Counted from the first letter of the stretch, positions 13,301 to 30,200 are shown. The stretch: 64,000 nucleotides of DNA from Camelus dromedarius (GCF_036321535.1 NC_087460.1:4960001-5024000), one strand, 5' to 3'. Translations and numbers: made by a program. The notes: generated by a model from the letters alone, not told the origin.

Positions 13301-16081
13301 GAAAGGGACATCCAAATACCAGGAGACCTCCAGGTGATGCGAGTCAGGTAGGCAGTTGGGTAACTGGGACTCAGCATCCAGGGTTCTCACGTTCTCCAAG
13401 AGAGTGTCAGGTGGGAAAAAGTCGGAGAGAGATACCTGGTCGGATGCTATGTCCCCACCTGAAGTTAGCCAGGACCTGGCCCCGGTCCTGCCAGTGTCCC
13501 ATTCCAGACAGACTCCTCTATTCTCAGCTCATCGGGGATGAGTGGTCTTGCCCCTCCTGCCTCACTCCCGCAGCTGTCCTTACCTCTCAGAGCCCCTTCC
13601 TCTGCACAGAGTTCTCTCCAGAGTTCTCTGCACAGCCCCCTCGGCGAGTGGGATTCCAGATCTTTACCAGCAGTGACAGCACAGATGTGGAGATAGTCAT
13701 TCTCTGGGAAAAAAAAGCAGCTGCTCAGAGAACTCCGGGAGCTTCTACCCTCTTCCAGGGAGTGGGAGGGTTGGAGGGAAGGCCGGGTATAGCCCTGTGG
13801 GCAGTGAAGGGGGGCAGTAGCCGGGGACCCAGCGGAAGTGACTCCACACTCAGTGCCCTCCCTGTTTAGGATGCAGCTGAGGCTGGAGCCAGGTCGGGCT
13901 ATCGGGGCCGCCGCTCCCCACACACCCCCCACGAACGCTTTGAGGGGCTTACGGTGCTCAAGGCTGCACAGGTGAGAAGAGGTGCCCATGGCCTGGTCTG
14001 ATGCCGGAACCTGAGCGAGCTGGGCATCGGGGCCCAGCGTCTCCTGGGAGGGGCGGGGAGGCGCTCTCATAGGAGCAGCCGAGGCCTCTGCCCAGGGCAG
14101 AGGAGGGGGTTCCAGACCGAGGGGCCCATGTTGTCGTCAGTGGGAGGAGCAGGTTGGGCTAATGGGCTGCTGAGCCCCAAACTGTAGGCGGAGGTAGCGG
14201 AAGTGGTGCCGGGTCGGTAGCTGGGACCATCCTTCCAACCCGCCCCTTCCCTCCTTCCTTTCGCTGCCTGCAGCTGGCCCGGGCCGGGGCCGTGGGCAGT
14301 CAGGGTGCTCAGCTGCTCCTGGAGGTGAGCGAGCGCGTGCGGACCCTGACACAGGCCTACTTCTCCCCAGATCGGCCCCTGCACCTCTCCTTCACCCACC
14401 TGGTGTGCCGCAGTGCCGTAGAAGGTAACCACCGGGGAGCCCGGCCACTCCTCCCCACCCTGGGCCCCTGTTGGGCCCTGTACACCCTCAGCTGTGTGGT
14501 TTCAGTCTTCACTCCAGGAAGACTGACCCCTCTGCCCGGGCTGCGGCCAGCTCCTCGGCCGGGCTGTGACCCTGGAGCTGCAGGGCGGGTGTGGATGGGC
14601 TTCCACCAGGCCCCTTTGCTTCCCAGGAGAGCAAGCGCAGCGCATGGACCTGAGCCACCCGGTGCATGCAGACAACTGCGTCCTGGACCCCGACACCGGG
14701 GAGTGCTGGCGGGAGCCCCCGGCCTATACCTACCGGGACTACAGGTGGGCTGCCCTCCAGGGTTCGGGCAGGTGGGCCTGGCCGGGTGGGGGTCTCACTG
14801 CCTCCCGTCTTCCTCCCTCCCCAGTGGACTCCTCTACCTCAACGATGACTTCCAGGGTGGGGACCTGTTCTTCACGGAGCCCAACGCCCTCAGGGTCACG
14901 GTAAGTGGGGCGATGTGGCAGGGAGCCCAGCTGTGGGCTCAGGATTCAAAACAGAAGGTTCCCAGAGGCAAATGCAGGGAAATGGATGGGCCCCCTTAAC
15001 CATCTCCTTTCCTGGCCTCCCCAACACCTCCCACCACGTGTCTTTTCAGGGCCTCTCCTAGCAGGGGTCCATTATGCCAGGAGACCCTGCCTTCCGCATT
15101 TGCCTCACCTCCTAAGGGAGGGCGAGTGAAGCGCAGAACCCCAAACCCCTGTTCCAGGTGGAAGCTCGGGGCTGGGATTGGTGGAAGGGGAGGAACAGTG
15201 ATTTTTTACCATGAATTGCTCTGTCTTACCCAGTTACTGCCTTCTCTGCTACCACCACCAGCTACCTGTAATCCAAGCCCTCCTTGGGGTGGAAAAATTT
15301 CCCCAAGATCCCTCCACCCAGAACCCAGGGTTTGTTACCGCACCCATCCCCTCAGATGGCTTCACACCTGGTTCAAAGGGTTGGCCAGGAAAAGTCAGGG
15401 CACCTGGGGGATGGGCCAACCCAAGGCCCTTGAGGGAGGCCCCTTCTCCCTTCGGCTCCAACGCCTCTGGCCTCAGGCTGGCATTCGTGCTCCCCAAGTG
15501 GAGATCCATTTCCCATTTGCCCCAAGATAGTCCCTGAATTAAGGAGGGAGAAGTGGTAGGCAAGAAAGCTGACCTTTCCGGGGCCCCTGCCCCCGTCCTG
15601 CTCTTGGGCAGGAGTCAGGGCCAAGTTCTCTGAGGGACTTTCCCTGGAGCTGACCCCACCCTCACCCCCAGGCGCAGGTTCGACCTCGCTGCGGGCGCCT
15701 CGTGGCCTTCAGCTCTGGTGGGGAGAATCCCCATGGCGTGTGGGCTGTGACAAGGGGACGGCGCTGTGCCCTGGCGCTGTGGCACACGTGGGCACCTGAG
15801 CACAGGGAGCAGGTGAGGAGGAGTGGGAGTAGTGGTGTGAGGTGTGGGCAGGGGCTGAGATCACCCAGGGAAGGTCCTTGGGGCAGGGAGGCAGGGGATG
15901 GAGCCAGACCCTCCTCCCCATCTCCCAGGAGTGGACAGAAGCCAAAGAGCTGCTGCAGGAGCCAGAGGAGGAGGAAGAAGAAATGCCCAGCAGAGACCCT
16001 GCCCCAGAACCCCCCAGCCGCAGGCTTCAGCGGGTCCAGGACAAGGCTGGGAAGCCATCTCGTGTCCGAGAGGAGCTGTGA
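6208..16081 (+). CDS. P3H3: Prolyl 3-hydroxylase 3 (leprecan-like 2), 728 aa, 15 exons
   Basis: Exons 6208-6693, 7638-7790, 8139-8340, 8417-8548, 9040-9176, 9589-9678, 10942-10994, 11127-11194, 11290-11414, 13870-13971, 14274-14424, 14627-14744, 14825-14900, 15672-15812, 15929-16081; 2187 nt, in frame. Leu-rich signal peptide, HAD...H Fe(II) ligands (HADN, NPHGV), 2-oxoglutarate Arg (GRRCALALW), C-terminal REEL ER-retention motif. Confidence 0.97.
9900..10100. mobile_element. MIR SINE fragments (P3H3 intron 6)
   Basis: MIR core-like 'ctcaatttcctcacctgtaaaatggg' plus an opposite-orientation piece; boundaries approximate. Confidence 0.6.
10107..10332. mobile_element. MER20-like hAT-Charlie DNA transposon relic
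   Basis: Begins cagggcttctcaacctt...ctactgacatttt and ends ...gtttgggaaccgctg, resembling the MER20 termini; internal 'cagacatagcagtgtcccctg'. Confidence 0.7.
10340..10470. mobile_element. MIR SINE fragment
   Basis: 'aaatcccgactctgtcccttaccagctgtgtgac...ctcaactgcaaaatggg' is MIR core-like. Confidence 0.6.
10472..10636 (+). mobile_element. tRNA-derived SINE (camelid vic-1-like)
   Basis: ggggagggtatgactcaagggcagagtgcatgcttagcatgcatggggtcctgggtttaatgcctggtacctcc head, then (TAAA)n and A-rich tail; same head as six other copies in the window. Confidence 0.85.
11830..13200. mobile_element. L2 LINE and MIR fragments (P3H3 intron 9)
   Basis: L2 3'-end-like motifs ('cagtgcctagaacagtggctgacacatagtagatgctcagt...gaatgaatg') and a MIR core at ~12170-12390; boundaries approximate. 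Confidence 0.6.
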
Positions 16082-16430
16082 GGGGCTGAGCCAGCTTGAC
16101 TTGTGAAGGGTCCACCTTGATGCCAGGGTCCACCTTGATGCCAAGACCCACGAGAAGCCCCTATGTGACAGGAGGAGAACAGCCAGCTCTCTGTCCCTGC
16201 ACCCCCATCCTCTTGGGGATCATGAGGGCCATCAGCCCTGGACTCAGAGGACACGGCACAGACTGGCCTGGGGGGCCAGGCTTGGCCCCAGCTGGCAGAC
16301 CTCCTGCCCTGGGACAGACAGAAGACTGGACGCCACCCTGGAAAGAAATGGCAGTGGGTAGGGCCCGACTGCGGGGTTTAAAGGAGGAGGAAGAGAGGGA
16401 GGACACCCCGCTGCCCTCTCCCAGCCTGTC

Positions 16431-16436
16431 AATAAA
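16431..16436 (+). terminator. P3H3 polyadenylation signal (AATAAA)
   Basis: Canonical hexamer 350 nt after the stop codon. Confidence 0.8.
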
Positions 16437-16949
16437 GGTCCTGAAGACCCTCAGCCAGGGCCCAGTCAAGTGTCTTGCAGTTTGCAGTTTCGGGGTGGCT
16501 GAAGGTGGGAGTGGCGGTGGCTGTGGCTGGCCTGGGAGGAGACAGGTATCTTGGGCCTCTGGAGGCGGGGCCGCTCAAGGCTGTGATTTGTCAGGGAAAT
16601 CTCGGCCACCTGCTCCCCTCGTGCAAATGACCCCTAACCCCTGACAGCTGCTCCTTGGGCCTCCTACCCTAAGCCCCGTCTTCCCTCACCGAGCTTGGCT
16701 GAGACTTAGGGCAGCCTGATCCCTCTGGTTCTTGCCTTCACAGCCCCAGCAGGACCCCGGGTGTCATGGGGGCAAGGAGTGGGTCCAGTTTATGATAGGC
16801 GTAGGGGACGGGTTGCCTTCTACTTGCGAGTCTTTCTCCACTCAAAGCAGGGCCAGGCCTGTTCATTCTCCTCGCTGGATCCCCTGGACTTGCCCCCACT
16901 CCCCCAGGATCAGACCTGGGGGCAGCTGGTTGGGGTTTGTTCAGAAGAA

Positions 16950-17247
16950 GGATTATCCAGATCAGTCCCTTCTAATCTCAGCTCCTGCCTGCACCCTCCC
17001 CATATTCACTGTAACCTGCTTCCCCCACTACCCTGAGCTAAGGAACACAACTTGGGGTGTTGACAATGGGCCATCTCTCACCCTCATTCTCTGTCTCCTG
17101 GACTGGTTGCTAGGTAGGCCCTGAGGGCCAAGATCATTGCCATGGGTGGGGGCCAGGGCCTGGGGGGCCCCTGGAGCTGTGCTTGCTGCTGCTCCTTTGC
17201 ACCCCTCCCAACCCTGACCCTTAATCCTCACAGCTTTGCTCTAATCC
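16950..17247. promoter_or_regulatory. Cluster of K50 homeodomain (CRX/OTX2-type) TAATC[C/T] sites upstream of GNB3
   Basis: GGATTA 16950-16955, TAATCT 16973-16978, TAATCC 17222-17227, TAATCC 17242-17247; GNB3 is the cone and ON-bipolar G-beta subunit. Confidence 0.5.
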
Positions 17248-17905
17248 CGTGGGGCCTGATGCTCTGCTCTCTGCCTCGAGAGAGACCGGCTGGGGGAGCA
17301 CACATACCCCTCCCCCCCGCCGCCAGGGCTCGCTACAGGGGGCTGCTCCTCTGTATCGCCCCGCACTCCTGCTCCCACCCTCCCCCAGGCTGGGCCCAAG
17401 TCTCTCTGGAAGCCACACATCTCCCTCCCTGTCCTCTCCCCCCACCCCTGCCAGCTGATTTCATTTGCCTGACGTTAGCCCTACCCTTCCCTGTCAGTGC
17501 CCCCCCGCACCCCCCAGCCGGGGCCAGGCCAGGCCAGCTCCTCTGGCAGTAGAGCCGGGGCAGGTGACAGGCGGGCGTCGCAGCTGAGGGAGTGAGGAGG
17601 CACCCGGGAAGCGGAGCTGGAAGCCTAGAAGAGGTCCAGTCACAGAGCCCAGGTAAGAGGGAGCTGGCCCAGCTCCGCCCTCCGGGGCTGGGGGCTGCAG
17701 GGAGGGCGGGCTGCGCCAGGGCTGGCTGGCTGCACCCTTGGAGGGGCTGGCAGAGCAGGGGAGGTGGTGCTAAGCACCCAATCATTTCTCTCTTTGAGGG
17801 GTGGACTCATGAGGAGTCCGGTGTGGGGTGAGGGCCTGGTGGGGATCCCCTGACACCTACCCCCATTTCTGGCAGGAGTAGGAGCCACCCCTCAACCTTG
17901 CAGCC

Positions 17906-22662
<4,757 letters not shown>

Positions 22663-23135
22663 GGAGGCTGGAGGAGGGGGAGGTAAAAGGCCATGAAGAC
22701 ACTCAGCTGGCCCTGCCTTGCCCAATTTCTTTAAGATTTTCTCTTCTAAGACCCCAGCTGCCATTCCCGCCCAGCTTTCCTCTTTGAGGGCAGTGGGGAG
22801 GATGGGGAGTGTGCCTTTGGGAGGCAGTATCAGGGACATGGGCAGGGAACTGCCCCATCTCCTCCCATGGCCTCCCCTCTCCATGGTCCTGACAGCTTCT
22901 CCCTTAATCAGCAAGGATAATGCACCCCCAACCCCCGCCCTTGGCAGGCCTACCAGGCTTACTGTCTGAGACCTTAAGCCCTAGGATCCCTCTCCCAGAG
23001 CCACCACCTTTGTCTAGACCCAGGTGGAACAGGGTGCTCGGCCCCGTGACTATGGCTCTGGCACCACTAGGGTCCTGGCCCCCTTCTTCATGCTTTCTCC
23101 TTTGTCTACCTTCTTTTCTCTCCTAAAGCACTTGC

Positions 23136-23141
23136 AATAAA
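23136..23141 (+). terminator. GNB3 polyadenylation signal (AATAAA)
   Basis: Canonical hexamer ~475 nt after the stop codon. Confidence 0.8.
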
Positions 23142-23299
23142 GCGTAGCTGTGATTCTTGCCTCCCACCTCACTTCTGTCCCCAAAAGATGCAGGTCCCAC
23201 TTAAATAACAAAGTATTATGGGAGCAATGATAAAGGTTGGGGATCAGCTAGCTGTGGGCAGAAGAGAGGGTGGAGGCAGAAGCCCAAGCCTCCTGGGGA

Positions 23300-24080
23300 A
23301 GGCCTGAGATGGGTTAGGAGGAGAAGGTGGCTGGTGGGGTGTGCACGACAGTTCACACCCGCCTGCCTTTGGTGACTGTGTATTTGTCCAGGAGGGTTAT
23401 GTTGAGAAGGGATCAGACTATAAAAGGCCTATAAAAAGCCAGAGTCTAGACTTTATCCTAAGGGCAGTGGGGAACAACTGGGGAGTTTTGAGCAGAGTAG
23501 TAACGTGATCAGTGATGCTCCTCTGGAAGATCGTCCTAGCAGCAGTACAGGTGGATAAAATGGAGGGAAGGGAGCCTAGAGGGAATGGAGGGAAACAAGG
23601 TAGGAGGCAGGTGGCAAGAAATGCAAGAGCAATAGGACAGAGGGGCAAGGGAGGGGATGAGGGAGAGATTAAAGATACAGAATCACCAGGATGTAGGGAT
23701 TGTAGGGACTGAGTGCGAGGATAAGGGATAGTCCGAGGGAAGGAATCAAGGTGATGGCCAAGGTTCGGGTTTGGCAACTAGGTGGCTAGTGCTGTCATTC
23801 ACAGGGATGGAGGATGGGGGAGGAGGAATAACTCTGGGGAGATCACAAATTCAACTTTAAACAAGCTGACTTTGAAGCGCCTGTGGGGCAGCTGGATAAA
23901 GGTCAGGCTTAGGCAGAGAGACCTGGACGTTACCAGAATACAGATGAGTGACAGCTAAAGTCCTAGAAGTGAACACCCAGGGAGAGAAAGGAAAGAGTCA
24001 AGGACAGTGCCTTGGGGAACAACAGGATTTAAGGGAGGTACGTAAAAGAGGCTTAGAGGTATCAGTGCGGGGGACACTCA
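23300..24080. mobile_element. L2 LINE fragment between the GNB3 and CDCA3 3' ends
   Basis: Purine-rich L2 ORF2-like text ('gggagttttgagcagagtagtaacgtgatcag', 'gaggaataactctgggggagatcacaaattcaacttt'); boundaries approximate. Confidence 0.6.
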
Positions 24081-24187
24081 GGCCAGGGAGCACAACACCC
24101 TCCCTCTCCAGACTGTCTTTCTCCATGCAGAAGACCCAGCACAAGGTTTAGGTATAATACTTAAAAACATCATTTAAAATCACTTCC

Positions 24188-24193
24188 TTTAAT
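24188..24193 (-). terminator. Likely CDCA3 polyadenylation signal (ATTAAA on minus)
   Basis: tttaat on plus, ~175 nt past the CDCA3 stop codon. Confidence 0.55.
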
Positions 24194-24366
24194 ATACAGA
24201 AACACATAAAACACAAAGAAAGCCAAGGAGGCTCTGAGTCCCAGAGTTGGTAGTTTAGGAGGGGCTGAGGAAAACGAGCCTTTCCAGTCTCCCAGGGAGA
24301 GAAGGGATGAGAGGCACAGAGTGTCACTCAGCCCCTGGTGAACCCAGTACTGGGGCCACGCACGGC

Positions 24367-25985
24367 CTAGTTCTCCACCAAAGGAAAGTGCCGATTTTCC
24401 TTGTCCTGGCCCTGGCCTTGCTCCCATGCTCTTCCTCCAGTTTTTGGAAGTCGTCCAGTTCCCAGAACAGCCCCTCCTTTTAGTTCCTTAACGTTTTCAC
24501 TCAGGGGAGAAGGCCGCTTACTCTGCAAAAGGCAATGTGCAAGTTGAGGGAGGGAGGTTGTTCAGGGGAGGGAAGAGTTGGGGAAAGGGCCTCCCACCTT
24601 TCCGTTGGATTTCCTAGTAACAGCTTTCACCCTGTGTCCCTTTACCTGCCGTGGTGTCAGAGTCCCGGGGGAGTTGTCATCCTGCAGGATGGTGAGAGGA
24701 GATCTTCCTAGTACCTTGCTGTTTGGTTTCCACCTGCTGCGCATGGAACCTAGGGTTGGGACAGAGTTAAAACAAGGAGCCAAGATTAGGGGCTTATAGT
24801 TTATTCCTCCTCCATTCATCCAGGGACATTATCCCAGAGTGTTAGCCCAATTTCTCTTCCCCATACCTTGCTCTTAGATTCTGTACCTGGAGATCGAGGT
24901 GTCTCAGGGTCTCTCAAGGGCTTGTCTGAGCCCTGGCTGCCCACTGGGGTTCCTGAAGACTGTCCTGTTTCCTCCTTGGAAAACACCTGCTTGGAAGGGA
25001 GCTCAGTCTGACTCCAAGGTGACATCTGATTCTCAAGGGAAAACTGGCTGTCCAAAGGCAAGTCCAGTTGAGAAGACGGAGGTGTCTCCAGGGGCAGAAT
25101 AGGCTCTGGGGGAAGATCTGATCTGGGGTCTTCGGTCTCAAATACGTCGCTCAGCTGTTTCACCAGGGGGCTTGGTGGCTCTAGCGGGGGAGAAATGAAG
25201 TGAGACAGTGACCCTCTGATACAAATCATTCAGCAAGGAGGAAAAGATATACGAGCCTTAGGAGTCATGCCCTCGTGGGTGAGGGACTGGGAAGAGAGAA
25301 GGCAAGGCGAGAGAGAGCAAAATGTTGAGAAAAGAGTGACACAGGTCCAAAGCAGGAGGATGGAGCCCCCTTTAAAGTGGTGCCCTGAGAGGATAGCTTC
25401 ATTTGACCCCACCTAAGGGTGCTAGGTGACGGCCTGAGCAGAATAACCTGAGCCCAACACTTACCTCCGCTGCTGGTCTTCATAGGTGTCCGTGCAATGC
25501 CAAGGGTAGGAGAGCGGGGATCTGAGTCCTGGGTCTGCTTAAGATCCTCCAGCTTCTCTTCTGCTGGCTGGTCTGGCTGTGGAGAGCTCTCCACCTGTCA
25601 GAACCAAAAGCTAGAACAAGTCTGGGCCCTGACTCTTCCCTCCCAGGTCTCTAACCTCAGGCCGATACTACAGGCTGGAATTGCCAAAGCCCTCAGACAT
25701 CCAGCCTGCTTCCCCTGGTTGAGAATGTGAAAAACAAGGCCTCAAAGTATGGGAGTGAGGGTAGGGTGGGAAGTGAGAGGTCTTTCAGAATCAAGGCAGT
25801 CAGGTTAGGCAGAGGCCCAAGAATTCAGACAGTGCCGCTGCCTTCCCTACCCCGGCCCGGAGTACCTGGATGGGAGTGCGCAGGATGCCGGCGGTGGGTG
25901 AACGGGGGTCCGCCACTCGAGAAAGAAGCTTGTTGTGCGGCGGCGGCCGCGCTGGAGTGACTGGGACGCTCTTGGCTGAGCCCAT
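24367..25985 (-). CDS. CDCA3: Cell division cycle-associated protein 3 (TOME-1), 267 aa, 5 coding exons
   Basis: Exons (minus) 25985-25866, 25594-25465, 25180-24887, 24749-24646, 24522-24367; 804 nt. MGSAKSVPVTPARPPPHNK, two DPRSPT motifs, C-terminal KEN box (DKENRHFPLVEN*). 5'UTR intron: donor GTAAGT at 26256-26251, acceptor giving exon start at 26045. Confidence 0.96.
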
Positions 25986-26314
25986 CTCAACCGGGAGTAA
26001 TAGGATGGGGCGGGGCAGGGCCCGGCCCGGGCGAGGAGGGGATGCCTGTGAGAAGTGACTCAGGTCTCAGCCCTTACCGCGACCACGTTCAGCCTGACTC
26101 CAGACCACTCGATCTTCCCCGTTCCCCGCTGAGGAACCGCCTGGCCGCTGGGCCAGAGGTCTCTGTGGGGATAATGACTATTACAGCTGATAGGGCAGCT
26201 CCTTCCGGGCCTGCCCGGCCCTCGAACTTATCCACCAATTTATTCAAATCACTTACCGGGCCCCAATTCCACCTTTGGGTGCAAAGCAGCTCGATCCTCA
26301 GCTCCCGAGGCGGT

Positions 26315-26329
26315 TTCAAACTTCCCGCC
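26315..26329 (-). promoter_or_regulatory. CDE-CHR element (DREAM/MuvB site) of CDCA3
   Basis: Minus strand reads GGCGG-GAAG-TTTGAA: CDE, 4-nt spacer, CHR; CCAAT box ~20 nt upstream. Confidence 0.85.
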
Positions 26330-27201
26330 ACGCCCCTGCCTTGGCCCCATTGGCTGAGCCGACGCAGGCTGCTATAGGCCCGCTGTGTGAGACCCGCCTC
26401 CAGTGGAGGAAGTCATTGGGCTGAGAGGACGTCCATCATGGGGGCGTGGAGCCAGTGGGCAGCGGTTTGGCTGGCCCAAGGGAGACGCCTCCTTCATCAC
26501 GGGACTTTTGTTCCGTATGGTGCTGCGAGTTGTCCGTAGCGAGATTTTTGCGGAATGCGTCTTCGCTTTTGAGACTTTCAGTTTCATTATCATATGATTT
26601 TATTAAAAAATAGAATCATGAATTACTACGTTATTCTGCACAGATCCAGCTGGAGACAGAGTTATGAAGATTCTTCTCAGGCGAGATAGTAATCTTTATT
26701 GGTAGACAGTTAGCAATCACTCGACACTAACCCTCTCAAACCTCGCCTCATTGGACAGCCGCTTTTCAAATACTAAGAGTACAACTGCCCTTCTAATTTC
26801 CAATTGGACGAGCCCCCGGGAAGTTTCTGGGATTGACTAGTTTGAACAATCGTCAGTCTCTGCGCTTCCGTGGAAGGCACGCGAAGGGGCTGTAGGGGGT
26901 CCCAGCGTCCCAGCAGTCAAAACTGTGTGGCCCACCTCGCTGCTCTACGTGCGCTCTGCCCTGGAGGAGTGGGATTGGTTCTTTCGACCATCCATTGCAA
27001 TAGAAGCGCTTTTCACTGGCGTTAGTCAAGAGGCGGGCAGAGGGCGGAGCATAGTGGGTAGGCTGCGTCCAACTGCCGTTCTCGCGCGTCTTCCCTTCCG
27101 CGCAGGCGCCTAACCAGTAGCGCTCATTGGACGGAGGGGAAGGGGGTGGGGGACTAGGAGCGGTGGGAGTCGCCGTGTGTGGAGGAGCTGCTGCCGGTGT
27201 C

Positions 27202-30200
27202 ATGGCGGAGCTGAGTGAGGAGGCGCTGCTGTCAGTTTTACCGACGATTCGGGTCCCCAAGGCTGGAGACCGGGTCCACAAAGACGAGTGCGCCTTCTCC
27301 TTCGACACACCGGTAAGCCCATTCCCCACGCCCGCAGCAAGCACGACTTCCTTCCATCGACTTGGTCATTCTGCCGGGGCCTGCAAGGCTTGGGCCACCG
27401 CCTCCCTGCTGTGCACCATGGGACTTGTAGTCTCCCACGCTACTCTTGCCGTTGCTTTAAATTCGCGGGAGCTGTCGTGTGACTACGGCCCCCAGAAGGC
27501 ACCGCGCCCGCCTCACCCGCTCCCGGCCTCGTGGAGCACTGTGGGGATTGTAGTCACTCACTCCCCTCACCGCCGTTCTGACCTAGAGGAGCACGCTGGT
27601 CGCCGGACTACATCTCCCACGTGGACCTCTGCGAAAGCCGGGAGTTGGCTTTGCCTGTCGCGCATGGCTCTCCGGGTTTTGTAGTCTCGTGTGGGAGTGA
27701 TGGGGCGACCCCCCGCTGTTCTGGGCCCGGTTGGGGTAGGAGCGGCGGGTACTGCAGTTCCCAGGTGCCTGGTAGCCTGAAGTGGCCACGAAGAAGGATG
27801 ATTCTGAGAAAGGCCGAGTTAGAGAGCCTCCACCCGTGGTTAATATGGACAGGGGGCGGGGAGGTGGGTCACTGGTGGTAGAGAGAAGAGGTAGAAAGCT
27901 CTAGTCGTTTCTCCTTTGAGGTGAATTATGGCCGCAGCCCCCTCTCTTTCTCCTGCCCATCACACAGCCAGAGGGAACCCTTTTGAAAGTGTTCCCTCAG
28001 AGATGGTTTCCTTCGTGGAGGACTCTTAGGGCCTTTTCCCATCCCGCTCCCACTCTTGACTAGTTAGACAAAGCCGCCACCCACACCATGCCTCACGTTT
28101 TGCAGGCTCCACCCGGTACCTCCCTTCCTGCAGTTCTGCCTTCCTGTGTCATCCTCGGGCAGAGACCAGCCTAAGGCCAGGCCAGGGCCTGAACTGAGAG
28201 GGCAGCTGCCTGGTTGGGATCCGCCCCCCTCACCACCCCTCCCTCAAGCTGCTGCTGGGCCCTGCCGTGGGTGTTCAGCCAGACCAGCTCGTGGCAGGGA
28301 AAACTGCAAGTCAGAGTGGAAAGGCTTCATCAGTGCATCGCCAGTGCTGAGTGTAGCAGCATGATCTAAAGCCCAGTTCAGGATCATCACTGTGATTTGT
28401 GGTTTGCTCTGTTTGCTAGTCTTGGATCTGGGCCTCAAACAATGTGCTGCTTCTCCAAAGCTTGGCTTTGGCAGAGCTAAAAGAGGACTGCTCAGAGCAG
28501 AGCTCCAGGGTTCCCAGTCCTTGGTGGATTCAGCATCTTTTATTTTTTTATTTCCAACAGAGGAGTTTAATCACTGCAGAGCTCCCCATGCCTCCCAGTT
28601 TATCAAGTGTATGGCTTGGTGAAGCCTTGTCTTTCTCAGGAGGGAAAGGGTTTTTTCCTTAATTATCAACATTATCAAAAGAAATCTCCCTTCTTTTAAT
28701 TACCTACAGTGGCTCCCTCTTTCCACTCCTGTCTCTCCTTAATGGCTTGAATAATCCAAATGGGGTTTTTGTCATTTTATTACACTTGCCTTCTCTCGCC
28801 CAAGTCAAGAGACCTCCATTGGTTGACTTTGCTAACCAACTTCTGGCGTATTTGAGTATCTTCAAATTGGGTTTATGGTAGAAAGAGCGCTTATTTGACC
28901 TCTTTGATAAGAAATGCTCTATTTGTTCATGAACGTTGTCATCCACAGTCTTCTAGGGAGTGGTACAGAGCAATCTATGGGACCGAGAACTGCCTTATGG
29001 TGTCCTATTTTTCATTTCATGGCAGAGAATTTTTCAAGGCCACTGAGATTTTCATTCCAGGAAGAAGATGCCTGTTGTTGCTTGGACCTGAGGGAAAACT
29101 GTTTTTGTCTCCAATTTCCTCCTCTCCCTTCTCCATCACTTTCGTCACAAAGGCACTGGGAGACTTGCTCGGTTTAAGAGAAGCCCAACTCCCTTCTTCA
29201 GCTGTGATTTACGGTGGACACTTGTCTTTCCCTGTTTTCTTCCTGGGTTGTATGTGTTCTAGCTGTCTCAGCAGGTGTTGCTAGATTGTTCTAGAAAGGG
29301 GTTGGCTTTGAGTTTGGAGGTTGATGGAGCTTCAGTGGGGATTTGGTTATTGGTCAGGGTGGGAGGCATTAGGGTGGCGACTGGAGAATATCCCTGCCAG
29401 ACTGGGTCCTGGTTCAGCTGGGAGCCCCAGGCAAGGCATTGGTCCCCTGGAGCCAGGCTTCAGCAGGAGAGGAAGGAAGAGACCAGTGTGGACCAGGGTT
29501 CAACTGCCTGGTAGAGTGAGGTAAAGAAAAAGTCTGGGTTTGCTGGCAAGCTCAGGGGTTAGATGTCCTGTTCAGGTGCCGGCATCTCTGCTCCACCAGT
29601 CTGGAAGGTTTTCTGAATCTTGGAGATCAGGTAGGGTGTGTCATGGTGTCCCTGGTTTAGGCTCAGTGTCCGACATGTAGGTCTTTTCAAGTCCATGGTA
29701 GCTGATCCTCATTTATTTTCTGGATCTCTAGGCCCCAGGAGAGAGGTAAACAGAGTTCTCTACAGTTGACTGGAGGGCTCCAAAGAAGGAGCCAGGAGGA
29801 AGAGGAATGGTGATGGATAGGTGTTGCTCAGGCCTGGTGTCCTTGTTGTTTGTTATCAAAGTCATGGGAGGGTGGGCAGAATCTTAGCCTGGTACCAGGT
29901 CCTAAAAGGCTAAATGACTTGCCAGAAACCACACACTGTTCAAGAACAGACCTTTCTTCTGGAAACCAGCCGTTTCTGAGCCCAGGTCTTGCTTTCCCCT
30001 GGCTGGGCTTCATCCTCCCTGTGTTTTTTCCCTTGCCTCTTGTCCTGCAGGAGTCTGAGGGTGGCCTCTACATCTGCATGAACACGTTCCTGGGCTTCGG
30101 GAAACAGTATGTGGAGAGACATTTCAACAAGACAGGCCAGCGAGTCTACCTGCACCTGCGGCGGACCCGGCGCCCGGTAGGCGAGGCCTGGGGACATTTC

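Larger units (their letters stand above)
25850..27800. promoter_or_regulatory. CpG-island bidirectional promoter shared by CDCA3 and USP5
   Basis: Head-to-head 5' ends under 1 kb apart, CpG-rich, many CCAAT/ATTGG boxes (e.g. 26349, 26415, 26750, 26800, 27125). Confidence 0.9.

Noticed and set aside
28650-29250. AT-rich block in USP5 intron 1 that differs from its GC-rich surroundings
   Set aside because: I could not assign it to a repeat family, RNA gene or exon; probably an ancient repeat or ordinary intron.
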